Shown here piece after piece: positions 63,778-64,000 of a stretch of DNA of 64,000 bases. The stretch's first letter is position 1. Every line of letters starts with the position of its first letter. Source of the stretch: a bacterium (GTDB lineage: Bacteria; Hinthialibacterota; Hinthialibacteria; Hinthialibacterales; Hinthialibacteraceae); NCBI GenBank assembly GCA_963662285.2, contig CAXXMV010000001.1, positions 192,001-256,000 of the forward strand. Direction: 5' to 3'. The position numbers were made by a program, and so were the translations under genes. Under the pieces are notes generated by a model. That model was not told the origin of the DNA. It worked only from the letters and a program-made list of their open reading frames with translations, and did no database searches.

Positions 63778-64000
63778 GATTTAACACTCCATTTGCGGTA
63801 AAATTTTTCTTTTAGCCGACCCCTGGCGCGTTTCAAACGGCTTCGTACGGCATCTTCAGTCATCGCCATAATGTCCATGATTTCCTCGATTCGAAACTCT
63901 TCAACATAATATAGAGTCAGTATGCTCTGATCTCTCTTTGAAAGAGTTTGAAATTCATTAAAAGCCATGTTGCTCCTTTCCTGTTGATAACAATGATCAT
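63774..64000 (-). CDS. ECF sigma factor, region 4 (partial)
   Basis: LTLYYVEEFRIEEI...AVRSRLKRARGRLK. Confidence 0.85.
   Translation of the reverse strand, partial: DHCYQQERSNMAFNEFQTLSKRDQSILTLYYVEEFRIEEIMDIMAMTEDAVRSRLKRARGRLKEKFYRKWSVKS

Overview
Bacterial genomic window with two main parts. (1) 1-13.3 kb is an arabinoxylan/arabinan-degradation cluster (GH62, GH43, GH95, double-CE1+malectin, GH10, a secreted ADP-ribosylglycohydrolase-family protein) whose right end is decaying (IS66 remnant fused to a GH127/GH146 C-terminal fragment; CE6-like esterase with an in-frame stop). (2) From a 3' tRNA-Gly(CCC) fragment at about 13.57-13.62 kb (att site) onward lies a large integrative island, possibly two tandem elements. 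It carries a tyrosine integrase and excisionase; a divergent GrpE-Hsp70-J-like/TM/PEGA-lipoprotein operon (Hsp70 split by an IS); two HerA/VirD4-like ATPases fused to wHTH and PD-(D/E)xK domains; three PC4-like putative ssDNA-binding paralogs, each preceded by a hairpin; a DUF3987 protein; an AT-rich two-gene HExxH cassette; a serine recombinase lacking a canonical start; ArdC; and a complete dndA-dndBCDE phosphorothioation module. Instead of dndFGH, the dnd genes sit next to an unusual small ORF-DndD-like SMC-(DndE-like/HerA fusion)-GHKL ATPase-methyltransferase operon (methyltransferase split by ISL3). A CobS/CobT-like MoxR-VWA pair follows. The window ends with a prepilin-type protein, FecR and a partial ECF sigma factor. 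No CRISPR array, rRNA, phage structural genes or mating-pair-formation genes were recognised. All family calls come from motifs read by eye, not from database searches.
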